A stretch of 64,000 nt of DNA from a virus. The stretch is from positions 1 through 64,000 of IMG/VR virus record IMGVR_UViG_3300002301_000001. One strand, given 5' to 3'. The notes under the pieces were generated by a model, which saw only the letters and a list, made by a program, of their open reading frames with translations, did not search any database and was not told where the DNA came from. The stretch's first letter is position 1. The number at the start of each line of letters is the position of its first letter. A program made the translations under genes and the position numbers. Positions 39,653 to 49,763 of this stretch are shown here, piece after piece.

Positions 39653-40408
39653 TTATTTGATTGTCCTTAGCTGTAATTTGACTCCTTTTGGTGAGTGGTA
39701 GTTATATATCTCTTCGATCATCTCTAGATACTGCTCTGTATTGGCACATTTGACTAACTTCCTTTGCTGATACTCACACTTGCTTAGAAACTTATCATAG
39801 TCGAATCCTTTAGTCTTATATGCCTTTATAATAGCATAGCAGAATGATCTTTCTTTATACCAGGATATATACTTAGACATTTTTTCTAATGCCATTGCAT
39901 ATTCTACAGCTTTATCTATATCTTTGATCTTGAGTCCACCAGACTTGAATTTAGATTCCTCTTCACCTCTATCTATATTACCAGTAAGTAGTAATAGATT
40001 TATACTATTACCGAACTTGTACATATCCTTGAATCCTTTGTACTGGATATAGTCTTTGTATCCGGCATCTACGAAACTCTGTAGATAGTCATCAGTTGTC
40101 CAGTTCTTTGTGTAGCTGTTGAGCCTTTGTACTGTATGGAGTCCTGCACCTTTTACTATATAGTAATATACAGGTTTTTTCATACGCATAAGTGCTTGAA
40201 AACGATGCTGGCCATCAATTATTTCCATCTTCTCATTCACTTGTATTGGACTTACACATTCTTCTTCTCCCATTGATTGTATCAGCTTTTCTACATGCTT
40301 TTGGCTTACTACTCTATTACCTTCTATCAGAAAGAACTTGTCATAGTCTTTTGTACTGAATATTTCTATAGTTTTACTCATTGTTTTTGGCATTTCTACT
40401 GTGCTCAT
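39653..40408 (-). CDS. ParB/Srx N-terminal domain protein
   Basis: NR...HV.KL..SM...PIQVN...IIDGQHR. Confidence 0.8.
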   Translation of the reverse strand: MSTVEMPKTMSKTIEIFSTKDYDKFFLIEGNRVVSQKHVEKLIQSMGEEECVSPIQVNEKMEIIDGQHRFQALMRMKKPVYYYIVKGAGLHTVQRLNSYTKNWTTDDYLQSFVDAGYKDYIQYKGFKDMYKFGNSINLLLLTGNIDRGEEESKFKSGGLKIKDIDKAVEYAMALEKMSKYISWYKERSFCYAIIKAYKTKGFDYDKFLSKCEYQQRKLVKCANTEQYLEMIEEIYNYHSPKGVKLQLRTIK

Positions 40409-40435
40409 ATCTATTTGTTTTTAGTTGGTTATGAA

Positions 40436-40789
40436 TTACTTTTTCTTTTGTTCTTTCTTGATCCTTCTTTCCAGTATACCTATACTTTGCTGTATTCCAC
40501 TATTGTAGTCTACTATAGCTTCATTGCCATTAGTTACTACCAAGCTTTTCTTCATTGTTCTTATCATATCCTTTAGTGCTTTTACTACTGCACTGTCTGG
40601 TATCTTTACTACTGTCCAGCCTTTTGGTACCCATCCCTTTACTTTGCTGGCAGGTACTGGTATGAACCCTGCTTTTATAGTACCTTCTAACTGTTCTTTG
40701 GTAGGTTTATATTCATGAGCACTTTTCACAGCTTTTGCTACTTTGGCTCTTGATACCGTTGTTTTTCTATTTCCTGTTTGTAGTTCCAT
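40436..40789 (-). CDS. Basic hypothetical protein
   Basis: 117-aa ORF in operon. Confidence 0.55.
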   Translation of the reverse strand: MELQTGNRKTTVSRAKVAKAVKSAHEYKPTKEQLEGTIKAGFIPVPASKVKGWVPKGWTVVKIPDSAVVKALKDMIRTMKKSLVVTNGNEAIVDYNSGIQQSIGILERRIKKEQKKK

Positions 40790-40791
40790 AT

Positions 40792-41028
40792 CTATCTCTT
40801 TTTACGTACTCTCTTTGGTATTAGTGCTATGAACTCCTTTGCATGATGTAGTAGTACTGGCTTGGGTTTATGAGTACCTGTACCACTTGTTAGATGGTAT
40901 GCCATACACTCTGTACATTTATAGTACCGGAGATTTTGGGCACCATACTCTCTTGTCTACCAGTTGATAGCAGTTTGTGCAGATTTGCGATCCTCATGAG
41001 ATACTTTACCACTACTACATCTGCTCAT
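40792..41028 (-). pseudogene. Small Zn-finger gene interrupted by an in-frame TAG
   Basis: MSRCSSGKVSHEDRKSAQTAINW*TREYGAQNLRYYKCTECMAYHLTS..., with the stop at 40957-40959. Confidence 0.65.
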
Positions 41029-41029
41029 G

Positions 41030-41257
41030 CTACTTGATTTTAGTACCATTTACCAGTATGTCATAAGCACCTGGCATTCCCAGTACTGCATATTGGTGTA
41101 CTGCATTCTCATATTTATCCAGGATACTATTCTCTGCATCTGCCATTTCCTTTAATCTCAGGAACGCTATATTGTTTTTCAGTACTCCGGCTTCTGTTTC
41201 ATACTCACAACTTTCCAGTTGTTCTACTATTTGCTGCAGGGTTTGGAACTTGTCCAT
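41030..41257 (-). CDS. Hypothetical protein
   Basis: IVEQLESCEYETEAGVLKNNIAF..LK. Confidence 0.55.
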   Translation of the reverse strand: MDKFQTLQQIVEQLESCEYETEAGVLKNNIAFLRLKEMADAENSILDKYENAVHQYAVLGMPGAYDILVNGTKIK

Positions 41258-41319
41258 TTCTTCTCTCCCTTTTTTACCTATTGCTATCTCCATATTACTT
41301 TACTTGTTTTAGTTGTTCT

Positions 41320-41529
41320 TTATTCTGCATCTATTTTATTCAGTTCATCCTGTATATACTTATTGTACCCCGGATGACTTGTTGGTTTATGATTTGCATC
41401 AGATACCATTACCTTTGGCCATTTTTCTGTGAACTCAGTTGGTGGCATATTCATGAAGTCTTTCATTACCTGATCATCTCCAGGATATGCTTGATGTACT
41501 TTCATTCCTACTTTGTCTTCTTGTTTCAT
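41320..41529 (-). CDS. Hypothetical protein
   Basis: 69-aa ORF. Confidence 0.5.
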   Translation of the reverse strand: MKQEDKVGMKVHQAYPGDDQVMKDFMNMPPTEFTEKWPKVMVSDANHKPTSHPGYNKYIQDELNKIDAE

Positions 41530-41581
41530 ATTATGGTTGTTTAGTTGTTCTTTACTTATTGGTGTAACTGGTCTGCTACTT

Positions 41582-41782
41582 TTATGATATTTCGTTATTC
41601 AGTTCTTCCAACTTCACTTTGTAGAATACATTATCTTCACATAGCAGTATCCTACTTGACACTTTTATCAGGTTGCCTTTGTACACAGGGACATTTAGCC
41701 ATGTGGCATCTGTGATTAGTATTACACCATCTTCTGTTTTGACCATATCCCCCTTCTTGTATTTCATTTTCTTCATTACCAT
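41582..41782 (-). CDS. Hypothetical protein
   Basis: 66-aa ORF with a KYKKGD.V start. Confidence 0.5.
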   Translation of the reverse strand: MVMKKMKYKKGDMVKTEDGVILITDATWLNVPVYKGNLIKVSSRILLCEDNVFYKVKLEELNNEIS

Positions 41783-41821
41783 ACATTTTTTACGATGACT
41801 CTATCTGGGTATTTATTGATC

Positions 41822-42349
41822 CTACTTAGTACTTAGTATATTCAGGAATTCCTCATACTCTTCATATGTGATTTTACCACTCAGGTATTTCATATTCCAT
41901 TTGAATCCTTCATCATATACATAATTATCTATATTGGATAGCTCCTCTATTGAGGTTTCTCTTAATGACATACGATTCTTTGGGAGATACCCTTTGTCTG
42001 TCATATTATGAACTGTTTTCCATTTGTCATCAGATACTCCTAGGAAATTACTTAGGAATTTCTCTTCTTTTACTTTCTTTAATTTCTCCTTCTTGTCACA
42101 AGGTGTTATATCTATTATTACTTCTACACCTTTAATAGCCTGGATATCTTCTACATTGAGCTCAAACCATTCTCCAGCTACTCTTTTATCTTTGTACTGG
42201 ACATGTAATTCACTTTCCCGATCTCCATCTAGTACTTTTATCAGTTCTATTACAGGATTACCGGTTTTGAATGTCTTTACTCTCTTAGCTACATCTGCAC
42301 TTTTACCTATTTTATACAGGTTGTGGGACTTGATTATATATGTGTACAT
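41822..42349 (-). CDS. GIY-YIG T5orf172/MUG113-family protein
   Basis: YKIGKS..V.KR....TGNP...E.ELH..Y...RV.GEWF. Confidence 0.85.
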   Translation of the reverse strand: MYTYIIKSHNLYKIGKSADVAKRVKTFKTGNPVIELIKVLDGDRESELHVQYKDKRVAGEWFELNVEDIQAIKGVEVIIDITPCDKKEKLKKVKEEKFLSNFLGVSDDKWKTVHNMTDKGYLPKNRMSLRETSIEELSNIDNYVYDEGFKWNMKYLSGKITYEEYEEFLNILSTK

Positions 42350-42457
42350 CTTTAACGAGTTTTGCCCCTCATGGGTACAACTACTGATACTAGTTGGTAC
42401 TCACTTGGGGCAATGTTTTTTGACAGTGTATCAGACTGCTTATCTTCTACGAAGATA
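42350..42457 (-). promoter_or_regulatory. Promoter plus hairpin/pseudoknot leader
   Basis: TATCTTCG box. The 5' CTGATAC is complementary to loop GTATCAG of the hairpin at 42362-42413. Confidence 0.6.
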
Positions 42458-42558
42458 GTACATCTGTTTTATACTACCAACTTTTTCTTTTCTGATAGTA
42501 CCCTGCTATATATTCGAGGTTTCCAGGTACAGGTGATTATCCTGGGTGTAGATTGTGG

Positions 42559-43215
42559 TTACTTGGTTAGCATTACTCCAGTGCCATTGCAGCAGGTACA
42601 TTCCTGTAGTGGTTCATTGATTGCTGCCATGAGCTCATCCAGGTACTTGTTTACTTTCTCCTCCAGCTGCTGATAGTTATTAGCTGATATTGCCTCTGGC
42701 CAACTACCATATCCTCTGCTACCATCTCCGAGTTTGAGTACACTAACTGCCTTAGTTGTGTGGTACCTGGTGACTATATTTGATTTCCTCTTAGTACCTA
42801 TATCTGTTGTGTAGGCTACCGGAGTTGCATATGCTATGGATTTCTGTACCTCGAATGAGAAGTCGTAGTCACTACTTCTCCTGTCACCAGCTATGAACCA
42901 TCCTTCATTATCTTCCGGATGTTCATCTATCTGCTTCCACTGGTACTCCCACTCTGCTTTCTGGCTCTCATACATGGCCCTTCCTGCCTCTGTACTGGTA
43001 TTGACTACTAGTACCCAATGATCTTGTCTCCAGCCACCTGCAGTACTTATAGGGCCATCAGGATACAGTTCTCTACCCCTTTGCTCCAGTACTTCTCTAT
43101 CACCACCACTGGCTATTATTTCTTCCAGGAAGGACTCATCATCTTGGGACATACCTATACTATACCTATGGAGTATGTATAGGTCACTTATTTCCGGGTA
43201 TTTATTGTACATCAT
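42559..43215 (-). CDS. Hypothetical protein with C-terminal CxxCxGxG
   Basis: ECTCCNGTG. Confidence 0.6.
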   Translation of the reverse strand: MMYNKYPEISDLYILHRYSIGMSQDDESFLEEIIASGGDREVLEQRGRELYPDGPISTAGGWRQDHWVLVVNTSTEAGRAMYESQKAEWEYQWKQIDEHPEDNEGWFIAGDRRSSDYDFSFEVQKSIAYATPVAYTTDIGTKRKSNIVTRYHTTKAVSVLKLGDGSRGYGSWPEAISANNYQQLEEKVNKYLDELMAAINEPLQECTCCNGTGVMLTK

Positions 43216-43430
43216 ACATCTTTCATTTTACTACCAGTATCTACTGGCCATATACCGTTACCTATACATACTCCTTTGTAGTTCTCTAATTGCTGTATAC
43301 GGACTTCCTGGTTTTTGACCACTTCTACTAGTTGCTTTATTATTTCTACATCACACACATCTCTGTTTCTTACAACAATCTGCTGTACTTGTAGTCGATT
43401 TATTTCTGCTAATCTTTCATTATTATCCAT
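43212..43430 (-). CDS. Hypothetical protein
   Basis: ORF in operon. Confidence 0.5.
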   Translation of the reverse strand: MDNNERLAEINRLQVQQIVVRNRDVCDVEIIKQLVEVVKNQEVRIQQLENYKGVCIGNGIWPVDTGSKMKDV

Positions 43431-43442
43431 TTATATTAGTTT

Positions 43443-43673
43443 TTAGTATTCATCATCCCAGTTAACATCATTACCTATAGGACCTGGATTTTCATCCATC
43501 ATTTCCACTCTGTCTACTTCTATCTCCATATCTCTGAATATGATACTGTTATGCAATGACATTTGCAAGGCTACCATTATTTGCGCTTCTACTTCTTCAC
43601 TTTCATCCAGTATTCCATATTCTGTGGCCTTTTTAGGATCTACCAGGATTGTTACTATATATTCTCTTTTCAT
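43443..43673 (-). CDS. Acidic hypothetical protein
   Basis: ORF in operon. Confidence 0.5.
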   Translation of the reverse strand: MKREYIVTILVDPKKATEYGILDESEEVEAQIMVALQMSLHNSIIFRDMEIEVDRVEMMDENPGPIGNDVNWDDEY

Positions 43674-43684
43674 ATTACTGTTGT

Positions 43685-44782
43685 TTACTGGTATTCGAAC
43701 TCAAGGAACAGCTTGCCGCCTTTTTGATGTGCATGTCTACTGATTTTCCAGTTACCGGTTTCTACTGCCCATGATATATCCTGTATACATTCATCGAATC
43801 CTGGGAACCATTTATTACTTCCTTTCAGGCTGAACCCGCTATATGCCTTCTTGATATCTTCTGTTGTTAGTTGGTATAGTAGTGGCATATTCTCATTGGC
43901 TGTATCTGCCACCGGGTACTTCATTGGCAGCACTTCATATCCTGTTAGTTCATGTTCCTTACACCATTTCTGCAGGGATGCATCATATACAGCGGCCTGG
44001 ATATACAGTCCCTTAAGATACATTCTATCGAACCCCTCATTATCATATGTCGTTTTTATATCACATGGCTGTACAGTCTTTTTATTGTGATCTACGATTA
44101 CCATATCCATCATACTCCGCATTTGGATATCCTTGTAGGTGAACAGTACTATCATCTGTTTGTACACATCTATACCACTACCGGATACTGCATTGACTAT
44201 AGTTGCTGTATAAGGGCTTTCCTGTAGTTCCCTTGCTAGTTTCTCACCACTTGTCATCATATCTACTGATACTACCTGTTTGCCTATACTGTCCAGTTTC
44301 TCCCGGTAGTAGTGCTCTGGTGTTATTCCATCCTTATCAGGGGATGTGAACAGTTCCAGTACCTTATCTACAGTTTTTCCTTTGAACTTAGGATCCTTGA
44401 GTGATTGCATTGCTTGTACAGTTTCAGTGAATATTACTGAGAACTCCTCTGTCTGTACTCCTTCAGGATTTATTCCTTTCAGTGACCTTTTGTATAACTG
44501 CTCACATAATTCACCTAGTTGGCCAGCTGGTACTCCGTATACTGATATTACAAATCTATTGTCTATCTCTTCTGGACATGTGAGTATGCAGTCTGCGATA
44601 TTGCCTAGAGTGGTACTTACTGTATCGTCATTTGGCAGCCTTTCCTTCAGGATGCATGTCTTATAGAATGCTTTCCGGGACTTTATGAAGGTACGGATAT
44701 CACTACTGGATATACGGTCTGCTAGTCCTCTGTATTCTTTCTCTGTTATTGTGCTCTGTGCTACTCTTCTTTCTAGATTCAT
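43685..44782 (-). CDS. PD-(D/E)xK exonuclease (RecE/ExoVIII-like)
   Basis: ISSS, G...D.ILT and RSMMDMVIVDH....PCDIKTT...YIQAAVY. Confidence 0.8.
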   Translation of the reverse strand: MNLERRVAQSTITEKEYRGLADRISSSDIRTFIKSRKAFYKTCILKERLPNDDTVSTTLGNIADCILTCPEEIDNRFVISVYGVPAGQLGELCEQLYKRSLKGINPEGVQTEEFSVIFTETVQAMQSLKDPKFKGKTVDKVLELFTSPDKDGITPEHYYREKLDSIGKQVVSVDMMTSGEKLARELQESPYTATIVNAVSGSGIDVYKQMIVLFTYKDIQMRSMMDMVIVDHNKKTVQPCDIKTTYDNEGFDRMYLKGLYIQAAVYDASLQKWCKEHELTGYEVLPMKYPVADTANENMPLLYQLTTEDIKKAYSGFSLKGSNKWFPGFDECIQDISWAVETGNWKISRHAHQKGGKLFLEFEYQ

Positions 44783-45267
44783 TTTTCTATTATATTTATT
44801 TTTGCGAACTCACCATGCATTTCTTTTGCTTTTTCATTGTACCAGAGTGCAGCTTCTATTTCTGTTCGGTAATATTTTGCATATGTTTTACCATTTTTTC
44901 TTAACTGTCCTGCATATCCATTTCCTCTAACCACTACTCCTGTATACTTTGATTTACCATATCCTTTTTTGTTGCACATATTTTCACCATGTGAACATAC
45001 TCTTATATTACTTCTTTGATTATTTAATGTATTACCATCTATATGATCTACATAGATATTTTTATCTATTACTGAGAGAACCTCTCTGTGTATGCCGATT
45101 GTTCTTGGACCATCTCTAGGACCGCAATTTCTTACTACATATCCTCCATTTTTCTTAGTAGTTTTATGATAATTCCATTTCCATTGTATCAGTCTTTCAT
45201 AGTCTTCATCATCTACCTGAGCATACATTCCTTGCCCATGTTTTCCTGTTAGTGGTATCAACTTCAT
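44779..45267 (-). CDS. HNH-AP2 homing endonuclease
   Basis: VDHIDGNTLNNQRSNIR, SKYTGV and TEIEAALWYNEKA..HGEFA. Confidence 0.9.
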   Translation of the reverse strand: MKLIPLTGKHGQGMYAQVDDEDYERLIQWKWNYHKTTKKNGGYVVRNCGPRDGPRTIGIHREVLSVIDKNIYVDHIDGNTLNNQRSNIRVCSHGENMCNKKGYGKSKYTGVVVRGNGYAGQLRKNGKTYAKYYRTEIEAALWYNEKAKEMHGEFAKINIIEK

Positions 45268-45371
45268 ATAAATAGTTTTGCCGGTTCAGTTACCTATGTC
45301 TAGTCCACAGAGGTATCCTTACCGGCAATTTCTTTTGACATGGGACTAGCATGTATATCTATACGAAGGTA
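45268..45371 (-). promoter_or_regulatory. Promoter plus hairpin/pseudoknot leader
   Basis: TACCTTCG box. The 5' CTAGTCC is complementary to loop GGACTAG of the hairpin at 45278-45328. Confidence 0.6.
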
Positions 45372-45659
45372 CGACTATTTACTGACACTACCATCAGCTG
45401 CATATATTTGCTATTATTGTTAACAATACTATTATACTTACTAGAGATATTACGACTACTTTTACGAATTTACTATTGTCTACTGACTCTTCCATCTGCT
45501 CCTCCATTATGTCCTCTTGATTGTGCATACTGCTTTTCCTTTTTCTTACGTTTATAATAACTGCGATAGTACTCACTCTTATCCTTGTTAGCCTTATATG
45601 CCTCTATTGGCCATGTACCTCCTACTATTATACAGGAGTATTCTTTCCAGTCGAAGTAG

Positions 45660-45929
45660 TTATTTTGCTGTTGTTTCATGTCCTTGTATTTCTATTAGCA
45701 CTCTCACTTTTTCTGTTAGATTGTGTATTCTCTCCAGCAGACTATCCGGAGTTTCTGCTTCCAACCACTTGATCTTCCTTTGGCATTCCAGGTACTTATC
45801 ATTTAGTATTGCATTCTTTCTACCCTTCTCTGCACATTCATCTTTGAGTAGCTTATATTGTACCTTGAGTGCGCTGTATGAGTCACTTAACCACTTGGTG
45901 TGTTCTTCTTCTGTATACTTTTTCGTCAT
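45660..45929 (-). CDS. Coiled-coil hypothetical protein
   Basis: ORF in operon. Confidence 0.5.
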   Translation of the reverse strand: MTKKYTEEEHTKWLSDSYSALKVQYKLLKDECAEKGRKNAILNDKYLECQRKIKWLEAETPDSLLERIHNLTEKVRVLIEIQGHETTAK

Positions 45930-46420
45930 TCTTCTGTTGTTTTTCTTACTAGGTCACGCCTATACCACTTTCCATTCACATTATCTACATAGCTGTCTAC
46001 TTCCAGACAGTGGTTTATCATCTGTTCCTTAACCTCCAGATAACTGGCGTGTTTCTTACTATGACACCAATGCAGGATTTCCTTATGGTATACATGTAAT
46101 AGCCCATGTTCTTCTGCTTGTAGTAGCTCATTCTTTAGCTGTATATTGGACGAGTTATATGTCATCCAGCCACTATCCTTCACAATGGTTTTGAACCTCT
46201 TCCTGGTACCTGTATTAGCCAATTCTCTCACTCCAATCTTCTTTCTATTGGTACTGGTTAGGTGTTTCTTACCTATGTAGATTTTTCCAGTAGCTATTCG
46301 TGTGATTTTATACACCATTGCTACTGCCCAGGAAGGTACTGAGTTTTCGTTCACTATCTCTCCTTCATACACCCAGGGTATTACCACTACCCGTTCTTTC
46401 TGTTTAGCTATCTTGGTCAT
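45926..46420 (-). CDS. GIY-YIG (Seg-like) nuclease
   Basis: MVYKIT....GKIYIGKK...W.TY.SS...KEIL....YLE...Y.DN. Confidence 0.8.
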   Translation of the reverse strand: MTKIAKQKERVVVIPWVYEGEIVNENSVPSWAVAMVYKITRIATGKIYIGKKHLTSTNRKKIGVRELANTGTRKRFKTIVKDSGWMTYNSSNIQLKNELLQAEEHGLLHVYHKEILHWCHSKKHASYLEVKEQMINHCLEVDSYVDNVNGKWYRRDLVRKTTEE

Positions 46421-46632
46421 TATACATAGTATTTATGAGGGTAATCAGTTATCCGTTCTTCTATTGGGGTTGCTGAGTTAACTTCTACTATTCTTTTAAG
46501 TAGAGCTTCTGCACTTTCACTACTTTTGTGTTCATCTATTATACACCATCTACTATACCAATGTTTCTTATACTCAGACCAGTACTTAGTAGTTGTTCCC
46601 GGCATTATTCTTTGCCTTATTCTGTATTTCAT
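46420..46632 (-). CDS. Hypothetical protein
   Basis: ORF in operon. Confidence 0.5.
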   Translation of the reverse strand: MKYRIRQRIMPGTTTKYWSEYKKHWYSRWCIIDEHKSSESAEALLKRIVEVNSATPIEERITDYPHKYYV

Positions 46633-46928
46633 TTGTCTATTAGTTTATTTGTCCAATGAGGTTCAGTGCCATCTTTTATGGATTCTATCAGCTCCAATAG
46701 ATCCCTTTGTTTCACATCCAGGTTCTTCTTTGATATTGCCTGATTACATTTCTGTTTGAGTTTCTCCAACACCCTACCGGCATACATCTCTATACCTCTA
46801 TCACTTGCTTCTACCTGTTCTCCTATATCCTCATGCAGGATTACCACGATATTTTTTATGATAGTGGTAATACCCTGCATTTGGAGTAGCTTCAGGAGTT
46901 GTTCATCGGTTATTTGTTTCCTTGCCAT
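46629..46928 (-). CDS. Hypothetical protein
   Basis: ORF in operon. Confidence 0.5.
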   Translation of the reverse strand: MARKQITDEQLLKLLQMQGITTIIKNIVVILHEDIGEQVEASDRGIEMYAGRVLEKLKQKCNQAISKKNLDVKQRDLLELIESIKDGTEPHWTNKLIDK

Positions 46929-46940
46929 GAGCGAATTTAC

Positions 46941-47585
46941 TTAGTTTTGCTGGTATAGATAGTATGTTGTACCTTCTATTTCTTGTTCACATTCATGTCC
47001 ATCATACTTTGCCAATGAATGACCTCTACCATCATACCTTGCATCTGTTTTCCATTTATCCTCATCGAAGTAGTTTCTGAGTGTACCAGACAGCTCCGGA
47101 TATATACATTCTTCTATATAGTTGTCCAATTCCTGTTCCCATTTATCATCTGCCTCACTATCTGTACACACTAACCAATCACTATTATCCTCATCATACT
47201 CTTCTATTTCCAGTTTTTCATAGATTGTTTGTATCTGCAGGTCTATTTCTTTTGGTATTTCTGCATTATCCAGATCCTGTATATCTTCCATGATCTCCTT
47301 GATATCTATTTGTGTCTGGGCCAAAGTTTCTTCAGCTAGTTCTTTATCTTTTTCCTGCTCATCATATTTGTCCTTATAATAGCTTTCATCATCCAGCATT
47401 TCTTGCATTACTGTTTTGAATGAGTCCCAGTCACCCAGAGTACTGAATATCTGCTCCAATTTCTTTATATCCGGTTTACCTTGGCATACTGGTATTACTA
47501 CCCAGTTCTCTATATCTCTGCAGAACTCCTCGAAGAAGTCAGCATATGGATGTAGACTTGCTATATTCACTTTTTCATTTGCCAT
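46941..47585 (-). CDS. Highly acidic protein (possible DNA mimic)
   Basis: D/E-rich, with C-terminal YFDEDKW..D...DGRGH.LA.YDG.E. Confidence 0.55.
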   Translation of the reverse strand: MANEKVNIASLHPYADFFEEFCRDIENWVVIPVCQGKPDIKKLEQIFSTLGDWDSFKTVMQEMLDDESYYKDKYDEQEKDKELAEETLAQTQIDIKEIMEDIQDLDNAEIPKEIDLQIQTIYEKLEIEEYDEDNSDWLVCTDSEADDKWEQELDNYIEECIYPELSGTLRNYFDEDKWKTDARYDGRGHSLAKYDGHECEQEIEGTTYYLYQQN

Positions 47586-47612
47586 TAGATGACTATTTAT
47601 TTAGTTATTACA

Positions 47613-48314
47613 TTATATTGCCATTGCTTTCCTGTACTGGATATTCACCCCTGCTTTTATCCATTCCTTGAGCTTTTGCAGGTGTTTATTTGTCTTATCC
47701 TTGATATAGTAGTCTATTGAGTGTTTTGCCTCTGTAATAGCCTCTTTTTGGCCTTCTTGTCCATAGTATCCACCACATCCATCATTATCTGTATTCCACC
47801 GGTATACCATACCTGTCAGGTAGTCATCATAGGTTTCTACTTCTCCTTGCATACATTTCTTAGCCTTCTCATAGTCACCATTCCATTCTTCTTGTATCTT
47901 GTCTTTCTCTATGTATACCCACCCTACTTGCCCACTATCCCATGAACATGAGTATCCTCCCATTGATATTGATATACCACTATGGTCATACAGGTACAGA
48001 GGAGCTATTATTGTACCTCTTTCTTCTATACTGCTTATCAGGCATTCATATGTCCAGTCATTACCTTCTTCATCCTGGCAGTCACTTCTATCCAATCCAG
48101 CTAGTTCATATAGTAGGTCTATAGGTTCATCATAGTATTTACTCAGTACTTTACCATTTCTCCAATCTCCTAGATTATACCTACTATGCCAACAGCACAT
48201 TGTACAGGCACTATCCCAGTCAGTTCTTGGGTTCATAGGATCGTTATCATACTCTATTTCTATTTCGTATCCTCTGTACTTTATTGTCTCTACTATATTA
48301 TCTGCTTTTGCCAT
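47613..48314 (-). CDS. Conserved phage/MGE hypothetical protein
   Basis: NPR.DWD, PLYLYDHSGISIS...WDSGQVG and YD.YL.G.VY. Confidence 0.65.
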   Translation of the reverse strand: MAKADNIVETIKYRGYEIEIEYDNDPMNPRTDWDSACTMCCWHSRYNLGDWRNGKVLSKYYDEPIDLLYELAGLDRSDCQDEEGNDWTYECLISSIEERGTIIAPLYLYDHSGISISMGGYSCSWDSGQVGWVYIEKDKIQEEWNGDYEKAKKCMQGEVETYDDYLTGMVYRWNTDNDGCGGYYGQEGQKEAITEAKHSIDYYIKDKTNKHLQKLKEWIKAGVNIQYRKAMAI

Positions 48315-48331
48315 ATTTGACAGTTTTACTT

Positions 48332-49513
48332 TTAATGTATTAATAATTTCGTATCTTTCTGCTTCATAGTCCCAACCATTGTTGGCAACTCCACAGACTC
48401 ACCGGGCAATACCTGCCCTGAATGTGTTATACAATATTGTTTGATTACTTTTGCTGCATTGATGTCTCTATCATGGTGAGTTTGACAGTTATCACAGTCC
48501 CATTCCCTATCAGCCAGAGTCAGCCCTTGTTTCATAGTACCACATGTACTACAGACCTTTGTAGATGCCTGGAATGTTGGTATCTGTAATAAATTTTTGC
48601 CATACCATTCGCTCTTATACTTTAGCTGTCTAACAAATTCTCCCCATCCAGCATCCTGTACAGCTCCTGCCAGTTTATGATTCTTAACCATTTCTTCTAT
48701 ATTCAGGTTTTCACAGCATATAGTATCATACTGATTGGTTATCTCAGTTGATAGTTTGTGTAAGAAATCCTTTCTCTGATTGGTTATTTTCTCATGTAAT
48801 AATGCTACTTTCAGGTTTGCCTTTTTCCTATTACTACTCCCCTTTACTTTCTTACTAGCTCTTTTCTGTAGGATCTTTAGTCGGTCTATTGAGTTCTTCA
48901 GATACTTAGGATTCTGGTATTCTTTACCTTCAGAAGTTGCTATATATGTCTTTATACCTAGGTCTATACCTATTGCTGTAGATTCTTGTATAGGTTTTTT
49001 AACCGGTATTTCTACTCCAGTTTCTACTAGACAAGATATATAGTATTTACCTGTAGTAGTTTTACTTATAGTAGCATTTCTTAATTCCCCTTTATACTTT
49101 CTATCCTGTATTATTTTGATACCTGCTTTGAATTTAGGTAGTCTTACTTTTTCATTTTCTATTCTTATACGGTCTTCATGAGGACTTCTATAAGATTGTT
49201 TACCATATTTATTTTTAAAGTTAGGAAATCCTTTAGTTGACTTGAAGAACTGTGTAAATGCTTTATCCAGATCTATTATTGATTGCTGTAATGCTTGACT
49301 ATCTACTTCTTTTAACCAAGGACAATCCAGTTTTAGTTCAGTAGTTTGCCTCATCAATTCAAAACAAGTAATATTTTTTCTACAGGATATGTATGCTCTA
49401 TTCTTAGTTTCTAATGCCAGATTATATATGAACCTACAAGCATTTAGATGTTTATCTAACAATTCTTTTTGAGAATCTGTAGGGTACATTCTATACTTGT
49501 AGGCTCTTAACAT
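48332..49513 (-). mobile_element. tnpB: TnpB RNA-guided nuclease (IS200/IS605 family, no TnpA)
   Basis: RAYKYRMYPT, RuvC motifs GIDLG, ENL and DRDINAA, Zn finger CSTCG..CDNC. Hairpin at 49532-49559 upstream. Confidence 0.92.
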
Positions 49514-49580
49514 GTTACAAAGATACAACTTTTAATAGAAATTACAACTTTTCTATTAATTTTTTTTACTTTTAGTTCAC

Positions 49581-49763
49581 TTATACTTGCTCTTCCTTCA
49601 CTACTTCCATTACTTCCTGGTAGGTTTTACACTTTTCAGTTAACCTCATTGCCATTAACCGGTCAGAGAGTTTTCCTGATTCTACATATCTTGTCAGGGA
49701 TTTCTCTTGTTGTGCTTTCCAGTAGCTGTATTTACTCTGTATTGTCTTTAGTACTTTGCTCAT
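49581..49763 (-). CDS. Hypothetical protein
   Basis: ORF in operon. Confidence 0.5.
   Translation of the reverse strand: MSKVLKTIQSKYSYWKAQQEKSLTRYVESGKLSDRLMAMRLTEKCKTYQEVMEVVKEEQV

Noticed and set aside
42349-42360. TCTTTAACGAG resembling the cassette junction
   Set aside because: It is a partial match without TAAAT or flanking arms, so probably chance.
45394-45679. Two overlapping small - strand ORFs
   Set aside because: The sequence alone does not show which frame or start is real.
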